From Emiliania huxleyi CCMP1516 (taxonomy: Eukaryota), in assembly GCF_000372725.1 (NCBI RefSeq), contig NW_005201192.1, positions 434,001 through 498,000 of the forward strand: DNA of 64,000 nt, written 5' to 3'. The notes under the pieces are model-generated. The model was not told the DNA's origin, ran no database searches, and was given only the letters and a program-made list of their open reading frames with translations. The position numbers and the translations under genes are program-made. This document shows, piece after piece, positions 45,726 to 56,029 of this stretch (positions within the stretch are counted from its first letter, which is position 1; each line of letters opens with the position of its first letter).

Positions 45726-46922
45726 ATGGCCCGCCTTGCAGTCCGCCTGCGGAGCCTGCCACTCGAGGAGCTCGTGCAGTTCGCGGCCGAGGCGCTGGAG
45801 ACCCAACCATCGAGCCTCCTGGGCCTGCCCCACAAGGATCTCGCGGCACTCGCGGCGCCAGCAATCTCCGCGGACGCAGAGCTGAGCAAGGAGGCCGACC
45901 GCCGCATTGCGCTACACGCGCCGATTCCAGAGTGGGCGCTCTCAAAGGTACTAGTCTCGCAGGACCTCGCTCCCCTCATCCTCAACCAGCTCGAGGTCGG
46001 AGACTATGCCGCCGCCAAGGTGTGCAAGACGTGGCGTTGCGGGTGGCTGGCCACCGTCGCGCAGCGGCCCTGGTTGCGGCCGGCTCCAACGCAGCCGCCG
46101 CCCCTGGATGGTGGGGACTGGTCCGTGAGCGCGATCGTGGCGCTCGATGGCGAGCGGTTCTGCATGTGCGCAGAAGACCCCGACAACGACTTTCCCGAAG
46201 GGAATCTTCTGGTACTCAACCGCAGCTTCCAGGTGCTGCAGACGATCCCGTACCAGCAAGTTGATGGGCTGGCGGCAACACAGCACGGTCTATGTGGCTG
46301 GTGCGATGACATCCTCTCGCGGTACATTCTGACCGACAGCTCTTTAGACAAAGTGGCCGAGGTGGCGCTGGGTTTCCTTGTCTGTGACGTGATTTGCGCG
46401 CCCGACGGCACGCTCTTTGCCAGCACCTCCGGTCGAATCACCAGCAGCGGCTGCGGTTTCGTCGACAGCCACGCTCGCGTGGTCGCTTTCGACCCTCTCA
46501 CACTCGAACAGAAGTTCAAATGTGAACCTGGCCACCTGAACCACTTTGCCTTCAGAGGAATAGCTGTTGTCGGCACGGAGCTCTTCGTGTGCGATAGTGC
46601 GGCGCCGGAGGGCCAGGAGAGGTACGGCCGCTTCCAAGTCTTTGCGCTCACGGGTGAGTACCTGCGTGAGGTGCGGGTCAGCGTGCCGAACCCGACTGCT
46701 CTCCAGTACATTAACGGGCGGCTATACGTTACTGATTACGCGTTTCCTCGGGACGGCCCGCACGTTTTCGTGCTCACTCCTGAGGGCGAGCCGCTGCAGC
46801 ACTACCAACATGAGGCATTTTCGCTGGCAATTCACCCGGTGTGTCCTTTCGCGGGCGGACTGCTGCTCAGGGCAGACCAGGAGGGCTATCAAAACCGCCT
46901 TGCGTTCCTGAGTGGTCTCTGA
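45726..46922 (+). CDS. F-box-like + beta-propeller (NHL-like) protein, intronless
   Basis: VLVSQDLAPLILNQL...AAKVCKTWR F-box; GIAVVGTELFVCDS, QVFALTGEYLR, GRLYVTD, VFVLTPEGEPLQ repeats. Confidence 0.75.
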   Translation: MARLAVRLRSLPLEELVQFAAEALETQPSSLLGLPHKDLAALAAPAISADAELSKEADRRIALHAPIPEWALSKVLVSQDLAPLILNQLEVGDYAAAKVCKTWRCGWLATVAQRPWLRPAPTQPPPLDGGDWSVSAIVALDGERFCMCAEDPDNDFPEGNLLVLNRSFQVLQTIPYQQVDGLAATQHGLCGWCDDILSRYILTDSSLDKVAEVALGFLVCDVICAPDGTLFASTSGRITSSGCGFVDSHARVVAFDPLTLEQKFKCEPGHLNHFAFRGIAVVGTELFVCDSAAPEGQERYGRFQVFALTGEYLREVRVSVPNPTALQYINGRLYVTDYAFPRDGPHVFVLTPEGEPLQHYQHEAFSLAIHPVCPFAGGLLLRADQEGYQNRLAFLSGL

Positions 46923-48425
46923 AGGAGGTGCGGGCTCAACCCACGCGCACTGTGGTCACACGCACACACACAGGACACACACACACACACGCGGGCGCAC
47001 ACACGCACGCATGCACGCACACCGCTCACCCATGCGCACCGGGCCTTGCACATGATGATGCCCCCCCCCCCCCCAAAGGGCCTCGCCCCAAGCATCGTGC
47101 AACGTGCATGTCTAACAGTCCTCCTATCTCTCTTCTCTGTCTCTGTCTCTGTCTCTCTGTCTCTGTCTCTGTCTCTCTGCCTATGTCTGTTTCCCCCTCT
47201 CTCCGCGTCCGCCCTCTCTCTCCCCACGCAGTTTTTGGAGCACTTAGAGAAACCCCTGGACGAACGCTGAATTGCGGTGTGAGCTGTGATGACAGCGCTG
47301 ATATGTGTAAGGCGACGACCACCCCGGACAAGCACGCTTCACACGGTTGGCGGTGCGCGAGCCCCATGATGATCTGCGGGGCCGAGCTGGAGACGCGCAT
47401 GGCGCGGCTCGAGGCTAAGATCGACCCTGTCTCCGGCCGCACGAGTGACGAGCGCAAGTATGCTAAGCAGCCGCGCCGCTCCGGGGCCTGAGTGTCTGTT
47501 TCTCTCTCATTCCTGTCCGTGAATAGACGATATAAGCAAAGGGGGGTTGAGGGCTGGTATAGAGGCGGGTTACAGTGTCAGAGCTATCACAGGATGAGGG
47601 CTCTAATTAGGGTTACACACTGGTGACAGGGCTTGTCGGGGGGTCGCGACACTGGACGCGTCCGGACGTGTCCCGCCGACACCCCCCCCCGAGCCCCGTC
47701 CGAAGACGTGTCCAGAACAAGACCGTGCCCGGGCGGGGGCCTGACCTGTCGTGTCCGGTCACACGAGTATAGAAAAGTGTGTGTGTATGCGTGTGTGAGG
47801 TGTGCTAGAGGTGTGCGAGAGCGTTCTGAGCGGAGTATTTGTTTTGTCCTATCTCGCGCGTGGTCCACAGCGCAGCGGCAGGTGCGGTGCCCGGTGGCCG
47901 GTGCAGCCAGAGAGGTGAGAGAGAGAGAGGAGAGAGCTCTGGGCACTGTGGGGGTCCGACTCCGAGAGAGGTGTACTCTCTGGCTACGGCGCTTTACCAC
48001 AGGGTCAGGGACCAAGGGAGCAGGGTGCGCGCGGGGCTCCGATATATCGAGCCCCGCAGCGCTCCCAGGGCTGAATTCAACATGGCACATGGATGCTACC
48101 TATGACAGCGCACGGGATTCTCCGCAGACCGCGCACGCACATTAGACTTACATATATAGCCCCCATGCAGCTGCGCTAGAACCCTCCAAATTGCGTCTGT
48201 CCAAACCGCGACTCCACGTGGGGCCATGTGGCACAAGTGACGCGACCGTCTCGTGATGTCGTAATTCGGCGCCACGCCCGCCGCCCCCTCGACGCCTCCC
48301 GGCGCCCGCAACCTCGCGCCCCTCCAGTGCCAAGAGAGGAGTGCGCCTCCGGCCGCCTTCCGTTGAGAGAAGAGGGGAGCAGAGAGTCGCGGCCGCGGAG
48401 GCGGGTGGGGGTGGGGGGGGGGAGC

Positions 48426-50521
48426 TCAGCCAAACTTGTTCTTGGCGAGAGAGTAGAGGAGCGTGCCTGCGGTTTGCACATTCGTCGCGTCAGCCAACGG
48501 CCAGCCGACTGGCGTTGCTCTCTCGTTGGGCGGCGGGTGGGGCGAGGTGCGGCGCAAGATACGGTGCGGGTGCCGGCGATTGCGATGCTCGAGCCGATGA
48601 CGCCGAGCGTGGAGATCGGCGTCTTGAAGGCGATGACCGAAGCGACGATGATGACGACGCGCTTGATGGTGTTGCCGACGGCGTGCGTCACCTGCCGCCG
48701 GACCGCCGCCCGAAGTGTGGCCGAGATGGAGCTGCAGTGCGGCGCGCGCAGACAACGCGGTCACCGGGTTGACGCGGCCGAGGGCGAGGAAGGCAACCTA
48801 CGGCGGCAGACGCGCCACGCCCCTCGCGCCACGCCCCTCGCGCCACGCCCCTCGCGCCGGCCGCGCCAGGCTCGCGCTCGACGCGGAGGTGCGGGCAGGC
48901 GGTTTTCTCGTTGAGCGGTGGGACAAGGCCCCTCTGGTCTCGGCTGGTCTCGGCTAGTCTCGGGCCTCGTTGTACAGGTAGTAGAAGGCGCCGGACAGCA
49001 GCGACATCTTTGCGAGGTAGCCCGCCTGAGCACACCTCGAGCTGTGAAGAGCACCGCGCGGGAGCTACGGGTCGGCTCTCGCCCCGCGGAGAGGCGGGGG
49101 GGCGGGGCGCCGTCATGCCGGCGCCGGTGGCGGCGGTCCAGGCGGCGCGGATGGCGGCGGGAGGCTCGATGGCGAGGGCGACCGGGAAGAGGGCGATGGT
49201 CGCAAGAATGGTCAGCACGCCGTACAGGTTCGCCTAGCCGCCGCTCACGCCCAGACCCGTGATCGCGGGGGGCTGGGCAAGGGCGGCGAACGCGCAAGCC
49301 TCCTCACCTCGCTCATGTTTTCGCCGACACCGCCCCCCATCGTCTTCTTTGCCAGGATGCCTGTTCACGGCCGCGCGCGTGAAGAGACGCCCCTGGCGTG
49401 AGGCCGCCACCGCCGCGTGAGGGCATGCCGCGCATCGCCGAGGATAGGTTCGAGACCATGGCGGCGATGAAGCCGACCCAGGTGAAGGAGAGCTCCTGCC
49501 GGGGGAGGGGGGGAGAGGGGAGGGGGGGGGGGGGGGGGAAGTCCCAGGCAAACCTCGGCTCGAGCCATCGGCGCGCGGTCTCCTCTCTCTCTCTCTCGCG
49601 CCGCTGCTGCTGCTGCTGCTGCCTTGAAGGAGGAAGCGCGGCTCTGTCTCGGCTCTGTCTCGGCTCTGTCTCGGCTGCATCTCGGCTGCATCTCGGCTGC
49701 ATCTCGGCTCCATCTCGGCTGCATCTCGGCTGCATCTCGGCTGCATCTCGGCTGCATCTCGGCCTTGAGAGAGGCGAGGGCGACGCCGCCGACGATGGGG
49801 AGCAGCGTCAGGTACGTCTGCCACGAAGAGACGGCGCCTGGAGAGGCGGGTAGGGGCGGCGTCACGCCGCCACCGCGCAGGCGAGTCCTTGCCCGCCGCT
49901 GCGGGACAGCGCCGAGGATCGCAAAGGAGAGGGCGGCGGAGACGACCGGCTCGGACGCCTGCCGGGTGCCGGGCAGCGTCTCGAGGTCTCGAGGTGGCGG
50001 GAGGGGGGGCGGCGGGCCCCGGCGCCTTGATGATGTGAGTGAAGGAGACGGCGCCGGCGCCGAGCGAGATGACCGCGCCGATGTGCGTGCCTGCTCACAG
50101 CGCGGGGCGCCGTGAAGGCCGCCTCATCGCCTCGCACGCGGCTGGTGGGGCCAGGCAGCAGCGGCGAGGCGATCGGTGCTCTCGGCTCTCGGCGTGCTCT
50201 CTGCGTGCTCTCTGCGTGGTCGGGGCGCTAGAGGATCTCTGCCGGAGCCCGTCTCGGCTACGCGTCGGCGCCGAGGTGGCCGAGCGACACTGGGATGAGG
50301 AAGTGTCTAGGAAGTGTCTAGGAAGTGTCTAGGGAGTGTCTAGGAAGGCGCCGAGGTGGCCGAGCGACACTGGGATGAGCGTCTTGACGTTGTCAGCAGA
50401 CAGCTTTGGCGCCTCGAGGGGACAGAGAGAGGCGTCACTGGACAAGGTGCGCAGCCGCAGGGCGCGCCTCCACGGCGACACGGCGGCGGCGGTCGCGGCG
50501 GCGGCTGTGGCGGCGGTAACG

Positions 50522-50563
<42 letters not shown>

Positions 50564-51204
50564 GCGGTGCCAGGAATGATGTTCTCTCAAGGGTGGCTTG
50601 TGGCGGGTGCGTGGCGTCGCCTTGCGCAGCCCGGTGGTCCAGAGGAAGAGACAGTACGGGATGCCGACGAAGAGCTGGAGGAGCGCCATCGTCCACGGGA
50701 TGGGCAGCGCGTTGAGCGCCTGCCAATGTGTGTGCATTTGGCGAGGGGCTCGGAGTCGAGGTGGTACTCGCGCTGACGGCGGGCGTGAGAGAGGGAGGGT
50801 CTACTGGCTCCCGAGCCAGTGGGTACCGACAGCGGGTGAATTGCGGCGAAGACTTGGGTTGGCGGTGGGCTGGCTGTGCGGCTGTGCGGCGGCTGGCGGT
50901 GGGCGGCCGGGCTGGCACTAATGGCGGCCTTCTTGTTGTAGATATTGTAGCCGATGTTGAAGAGGTACCAGAGCGCGAAGAACGAGGCCGTCTTGAGCGT
51001 CTCAAACACGCCATCGCTCTCCTTGGCCTCGGCCGCGTCGGCCATGAAGATTGCCGGCGCACGCGGCGCCAGCCGAGCGGCGGTCGGAAGCGCGACGGCG
51101 GCGCGCTGCGGTGCAACGCGCAGGTGGTGGCGCGGAGCCACGGCGAAGGACGCAAGCGCCGACGTGCCGACGGCGCCGAAGAGCAGCACAGCTTTCAGCA
51201 GCAT
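48426..51204 (-). CDS. Plastid triose-phosphate/phosphate translocator (pPT/TPT family), multi-exon
   Basis: Signal peptide + ALAS-F cleavage motif; FALWYLFNIGYNIYNKK, SLGAGAVSFTHIIK|ASEP, LLPIVGGVALAS, ELSFTWVGFIAAMVSN, NLYGVLTI, SGAFYYLYNE, VTHAVGNTIKRVVII, LYSLAK. Confidence 0.95.
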
Positions 51205-51513
51205 CGCCGAGATCAGTTGTGCAAAAAAAAATACAGCCACTAGCCGCGGGACGCCTCGTGTCGCAAAAAAGAATTCAGTCATCTTCTAAGCCGCGCGTGG
51301 ACACTAGAGGAGCCGGGGCCCGGTTTCCGCAGTGCTGCGCGGCGCATGGTGCCTCTGGACGTTCGACTTGGTCTTGGACATTCGTCGGTCGACTTAGGTC
51401 GCCTTTTCCTTGAATACCCCTGAATGAAGGAACTTCCGCGCCCCAACCTACTAACCTATCACAACGCACCTCGTGCACGGCCTACTCCACTCCCGCGCCG
51501 TCCCGCGCCGTCC

Positions 51514-52233
51514 TCACTTGAGCGTGCTGAGGTACGCCACCACGTCCACTCGGTCCTTCTCCTTCTTGAAGCCCGGGAAGGCCATCGAGGTGCCCTTGAC
51601 CACCTCCTTTGGCTTGGCCAGGAAAGAGAGCATCGTCTCCTCAGTCCAGGTCGAGTTGAAGCTCGACATCGCCTTGGTGTACTTGTACTGCGGTTGGCGA
51701 TACGGGGCGTGAGCGGACGCGCGGACGGAAGCGAGCAGGGGGCAGGGCCGGGGACCGTCGGGCTGGGGCGCGGCTGGCGGCGGCACCGCTTTGTCGTGCG
51801 CCGTCTGCGCGCCGATGATGCTGTAGAGGTTGGGGCCCTGCTTGCTGGGTCCGCCCTCGTTGCAAGTGTGACACGCGGCGCACTTCGCCTTGAACAGGGT
51901 GGCTCCCCTCGCGGTGTCGGCAGGCTCTGCCGGCGCACTCGCCACCGCCGGCGCGTCTTTTGCCGTCGTCTCTGGAGCCTTGGCCGCCTTGTCGGGCGGC
52001 TTCTCGGTCTTCTTCTTCTTCTTCGGCTTGGACGCTGCTGGCGGCGCGGCGGCCGGCTGGGACTCGCCATTCTCCTTGTCCCACTCTTGCGAGGCATGCA
52101 GCCGGGCCTCATCGTGCAGCTTAGCGAGGAGAACCTCCTGGCGCATCCTCGCCTGCCGCGCTCGGATCAGGGCCTCGGTGTCCTGGCCAATACCCGTGGC
52201 GCCCGAGGCAGCCGCAGAGACCACACCGCCCAT
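51514..52233 (-). CDS. Cytochrome c (class I) with a ~105-aa N-terminal extension; in-frame intron 51688-51786
   Basis: RGATLFKAKCAACHT (CxxCH), KQGPNL, YKYTKAM, W.EETM..FL..PK..V.GTSMAFPG.KKEKDR.D..AYL. The start is uncertain. Confidence 0.9.
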   Translation of the reverse strand: MGGVVSAAASGATGIGQDTEALIRARQARMRQEVLLAKLHDEARLHASQEWDKENGESQPAAAPPAASKPKKKKKTEKPPDKAAKAPETTAKDAPAVASAPAEPADTARGATLFKAKCAACHTCNEGGPSKQGPNLYSIIGAQTAHDKAVPPPAAPQPDGPRPCPLLASVRASAHAPYRQPQYKYTKAMSSFNSTWTEETMLSFLAKPKEVVKGTSMAFPGFKKEKDRVDVVAYLSTLK

Positions 52234-53054
52234 GGGCGACGCGAAACGCACTTACTTGCCTTTGCTTCGCGTGGCCTGCGCAGAGACACAGACCGTTCAG
52301 AGGGTGTCGCCGGCGAGGAGGGACAGGAATCTGCGGAAATGTCAGCACCCGTTTCATTTTTCTTTTGAGAGCGCCTTTTTCTTTGCTCCGGCCGGCACTC
52401 AGGCCAGAGCCGCCGTAGGAGTTTTATTGTTTCTCTAGGCACGGCGGCACGGGACTGGCTGTGTTAGTGCCAGTGCGCGCCAGCCAGCCAGTCAGTCCCG
52501 CGCGCGTGATAGTTAGTGTTAACTGTCATTAGTGTCGTGCAAGGGAGTTTGGTTGTGTACGTTTACTCGAGTAGAGGTCAGCTGCGGTCCGATCCGAGGG
52601 CGATGGCCGATGCCAGAGTCTGCCGCCGAGTCGGCTCTCTGGATGACGGGCAAGCCAACACAAAACCAACATGGACGGGAAGACGCACACGCACGCCTCC
52701 ATCCACTCCACTCAGAACACCGCAGACTTGAAAAGTGACAAGTGTGCGCGCCGCAGCGCGCAGGCGAGGAAGGAGCCCCTTCGGAATGGGGGTGAGGAGG
52801 CATCCCCTCCGGCTACGACAAGATGCACGGGATCTGTGGTCCTCACGGGGATGACCCGTCTCCTCCAGATCGAGACGGGACGGCCGAGCAGTATTCGTTC
52901 ATTAATATAATTAATTGATGCATTTTGAGGAAAACGGACAATTAATCAGATGGAAGCAGGAAGCTTCCATCCCGGCGGTGGTTCGAATCCACACAAGCCG
53001 AAGGTGATGGGTTCGCGAGTCTGGAGGTCTCGGAAGCCCACCCATTGAGGGGAA

Positions 53055-53317
53055 GTGAGACCGCCCACCCTGATCATGCTGAACAAGCTCCTCTTGTAGC
53101 TCGATCGGTCACACCGCCATCACCGCCGACGTCTCCCAGTGAGATGATGGAGAGGGGGGACGACACCGCTCGATCTACCCTCTGGGGTCCCTCAGCGGCG
53201 TGCACCTCGATCCTGTACCGTGTTTGTTAGGACCCACCCCCAATGAGCACGCCAGCGAGGGAGGGCGAGACGATCGAGGGGTCCCGTAGAGCTCTACCAT
53301 GCGGAATCGACCCTATT
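53055..53317 (+). repeat. Dispersed ~260-bp repeat (SINE/LINE-3'-end-like), copy 1
   Basis: Shares GCGTGCACCTCGATCCTGTACCGTGTTTGTTA...GAGGGAGGGCGAGACGATCGAGGGGTCCCGTA with reverse copies at 53846-54015 and 63500-63735. Confidence 0.85.
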
Positions 53318-53397
53318 GAGTGCGGGTCAGGAGGCCCTAAAACGGCGGGAGGGGTAGGGGTGCCGCTGTAGGGGTGTGGAGGGGTCCTGAGCCCTGG

Positions 53398-53530
53398 CTG
53401 TCAGGCTGTCAGGTGCTGTCAGGTGATCTGTCGGGCTGTCGGGCACTGTCAGGCACTGTCAGGTGCCTCTGTCAGACCAGCTGTCAGGTGCTGTCAGTGC
53501 TGTCGGGTGCTGTCGGGTGCTTGTCTGACA
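53398..53530. repeat. (CTGTCAGGTG)-like minisatellite
   Basis: About 13 TGTCAG/TGTCGG units. Confidence 0.9.
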
Positions 53531-53685
53531 TGCGAACGAGCACCCCCCACACCCCCAGAGGCTAGGGCTCTCTTGCCCGTAACCCGATATCGAGCATCCG
53601 ACCCGCTGGGTGCGCTTCTTAGCTCCCCGGCCCTGGATGTGAGGTTGCCGACTGCACTCCAAGCGCTCCAAGTTATTTTACCGTC

Positions 53686-53826
<141 letters not shown>

Positions 53827-53845
53827 TTGTTTAGAATACCAAACA

Positions 53846-54015
53846 ACTTGAGCACTTGAGCACTGGATAGGGTCGATTCCGCATGGTACGGGACCCCTCG
53901 ATCGTCTCGCCCTCCCTCTCTGGTGTGTTCATTGGGGGGGGGTCATAACAAACACGGTACAGGATCGAGGTGCACGCTAAGCAGTGAGTGTCGTCCCCCC
54001 TCTCCATTATCACAC
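53846..54015 (-). repeat. Dispersed repeat copy 2, ending in a GTGCTCAA tandem tail
   Basis: Reverse-complement match to 53140-53317 and direct match to 63500-63655. Confidence 0.85.
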
Positions 54016-54165
54016 TGGGAAAGAAAACAATCAGCGGGAGGCCGAAATAAGAAAACCCAGAGCCTTCTCTTCCAACAACAGCAAGCAGCATCGCCCGCGC
54101 CTAGTTTCTCTGAAGGCGGCGCCAGGTCGAGAGTCAGTGAATCAGTCCACACGCAGGTGGGTTCC

Positions 54166-54937
54166 ATGATCGAGCAGGTGATGGAGGTGTGCGGCTGCTC
54201 GCGCGAGGCGGCGGAGCGTGCTGTCGAGGCGGCAGGGCCCGGAGGCGAGCTATTGTCCGTTGATGATTGAGATGCCTCTCCATGTGGTGCCTTCAGGCCG
54301 CCACCCGCTCACCAGGCGTGGATCTCGCCGTCGACCTTGTGCTCTCCACGATGAGCACACACACATCGCTACCTTCGGGCTTCGACGCTCCGCCTCAGCC
54401 GGCGAAGCTGGTCTGCCTCGTCCGGAAGGACCTCGGGATGGGCACCGGCAAGGTGGCGGCGCAGGCAATCACAGAGCGCGCGAGTGTGAGCGGGACACCA
54501 GAGAATGCTTACGCCCGGCTGCCTCCCTTGCAGGTGGCGCACGGGGCTCTAGCCGCGTACCGCGCGGCGGTGCGGCGACGGGACGCGGGCGACGCTTCGG
54601 TCCCCTTCCGCTCGTGGGAGGAGGGCGGCGAGCCGACGGTCGTCCTGGGCGTGGAGGACGAGGCGCGGGCCTCTGTAGACTCGCAGCCTAAGCACCGCTA
54701 GCCACGAGGAGCGTGCGATCCGCTCACGCGGGAGAGGGGCCACCCACGGCTCGGCGCGGCTTCTAGGCGCAGCTCGATGGGTTGCTGGCGCAGGCGGAGG
54801 CGCGGGGGTTGCCGACGGAGCGGGTCGCGGACGCGGGGCGGACAGAGGTGGCAGCCGGGTCGGTGACGGTCGGCACCATCGGGCCGGCAAACAACTCGGA
54901 GATTGATGTAGTCACGGGTGGACTGTCGCTGCTGTGA
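54166..54937 (+). CDS. PTH2: Peptidyl-tRNA hydrolase 2 with N-terminal UBA-like domain; ~4 exons
   Basis: CGCSREAAERAV...VDLAVDLVL (UBA-like); KLVCLVRKDLGMGTGKVAAQ|VAHG, W...GEPTVVL, VADAGRTEVAAGSVTVGTIGP...IDVVTGGLSLL*. Confidence 0.93.
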
Positions 54938-55489
54938 CTCCGTCCCGGCGCTCTCGACATGTATAATCAGACTCTCGGCCCCGGCACACGGCGGAGGAGG
55001 AGCGAGGAGGAAGACAGCACAACCCCAAGGGCCTTCGGGCTTCGGCAAGGGCGGGATGCCAGGGCACAACGCTCAGGTGGGACAAAACACCGACATACGA
55101 GAGATGAGGCCACACAAAACACAGACAAGCAGAATGGCAAGAGAGAGACGCTCTGCAGGCGAGCCCAAGGGCCTCTTGGGCCCTCGCGTCTCTCTCTCTC
55201 GATTCGACCTGCTTTCGACCCATCACAAAATCTCTCAAATGTGGGAAGCCAAAAACCTCCTTTGGCTTCCCACACAACCCCGCCCCCCTTCGAGCCTTCG
55301 TCTCCTGGGGGGAGCAGCAAATGAGGTAGTCTCTGCGAAAACACTGTCCCAAGTGAATTCGCCCAAGAGGCTTCCGTGTGGACTCGCAGCTCCGGCTGGA
55401 TGTCGGCGACCTAAAGCTCGGCGGTCGTCGCTTCGCGCCGGCCGACTCCCTGATTCACCAGATGTTTAAGAAGATGCCTCCTGGCCATG

Positions 55490-55835
55490 CTCCTGGCGCT
55501 GTGCGCGCTGGTCTATGAATTCACGGACCTTGATGTCCTTATTGTCGAGAAGGAAATACCTCGTTTGGCGCTGCGCGCTGGTCTATAGAGAGAAGTTCCA
55601 GGTTGAGGTGCGAGCCCTTGGATGGGGGAGATACTTCACAGACCTTGTTATTGAGAAAGAAAAAATACGTGCCGTGGCGCTGTGCGCTGGTCTATGAGTG
55701 GTTGATTGAGGTGCGAGCCCTGGAGGCCCTGGGGATGGGGGGAGACTACCCGCGGGCCTAGAAGGCCCGCGCGCATTCACAGCCTTGTTATGAGAAGAAA
55801 ATACATCCTTCCTATGGCGCTATGCGCTGGTCTGT
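55490..55835 (+). repeat. Degenerate tandem array (4 units, ~70-140 bp) of the repeat seen singly at 9135-9240
   Basis: TGGCGCTGTGCGCTGGTCTAT-like cores at ~55495, 55566, 55676 and 55814. Confidence 0.85.
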
Positions 55836-56029
55836 GTTTCACAGTAGGGTGATAAGAAACAAGAACCTCGCATGCGACGACAGTGAGGGTGTGAGAGACA
55901 GACCCAGGGATTCATCACACCATTCGACACATCCGCACAAACAAGTTCCGCGTGTGTCGTAGAACCAGAGGCTTGCGCAGCAAGACGATTTCTGAGGACG
56001 ACATAGCACGGCGGCCGTTGCTGTAAAAG

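Noticed and set aside
47260..48075. GTCC/GGAC-rich patch and a weak inverted repeat as a MITE
   Set aside because: The termini are too degenerate to define an element.
55490..55835. Repeat-spacer appearance suggesting a CRISPR array
   Set aside because: The 'spacers' are homologous to each other and vary widely in length, there are no cas genes, and the context is eukaryotic.
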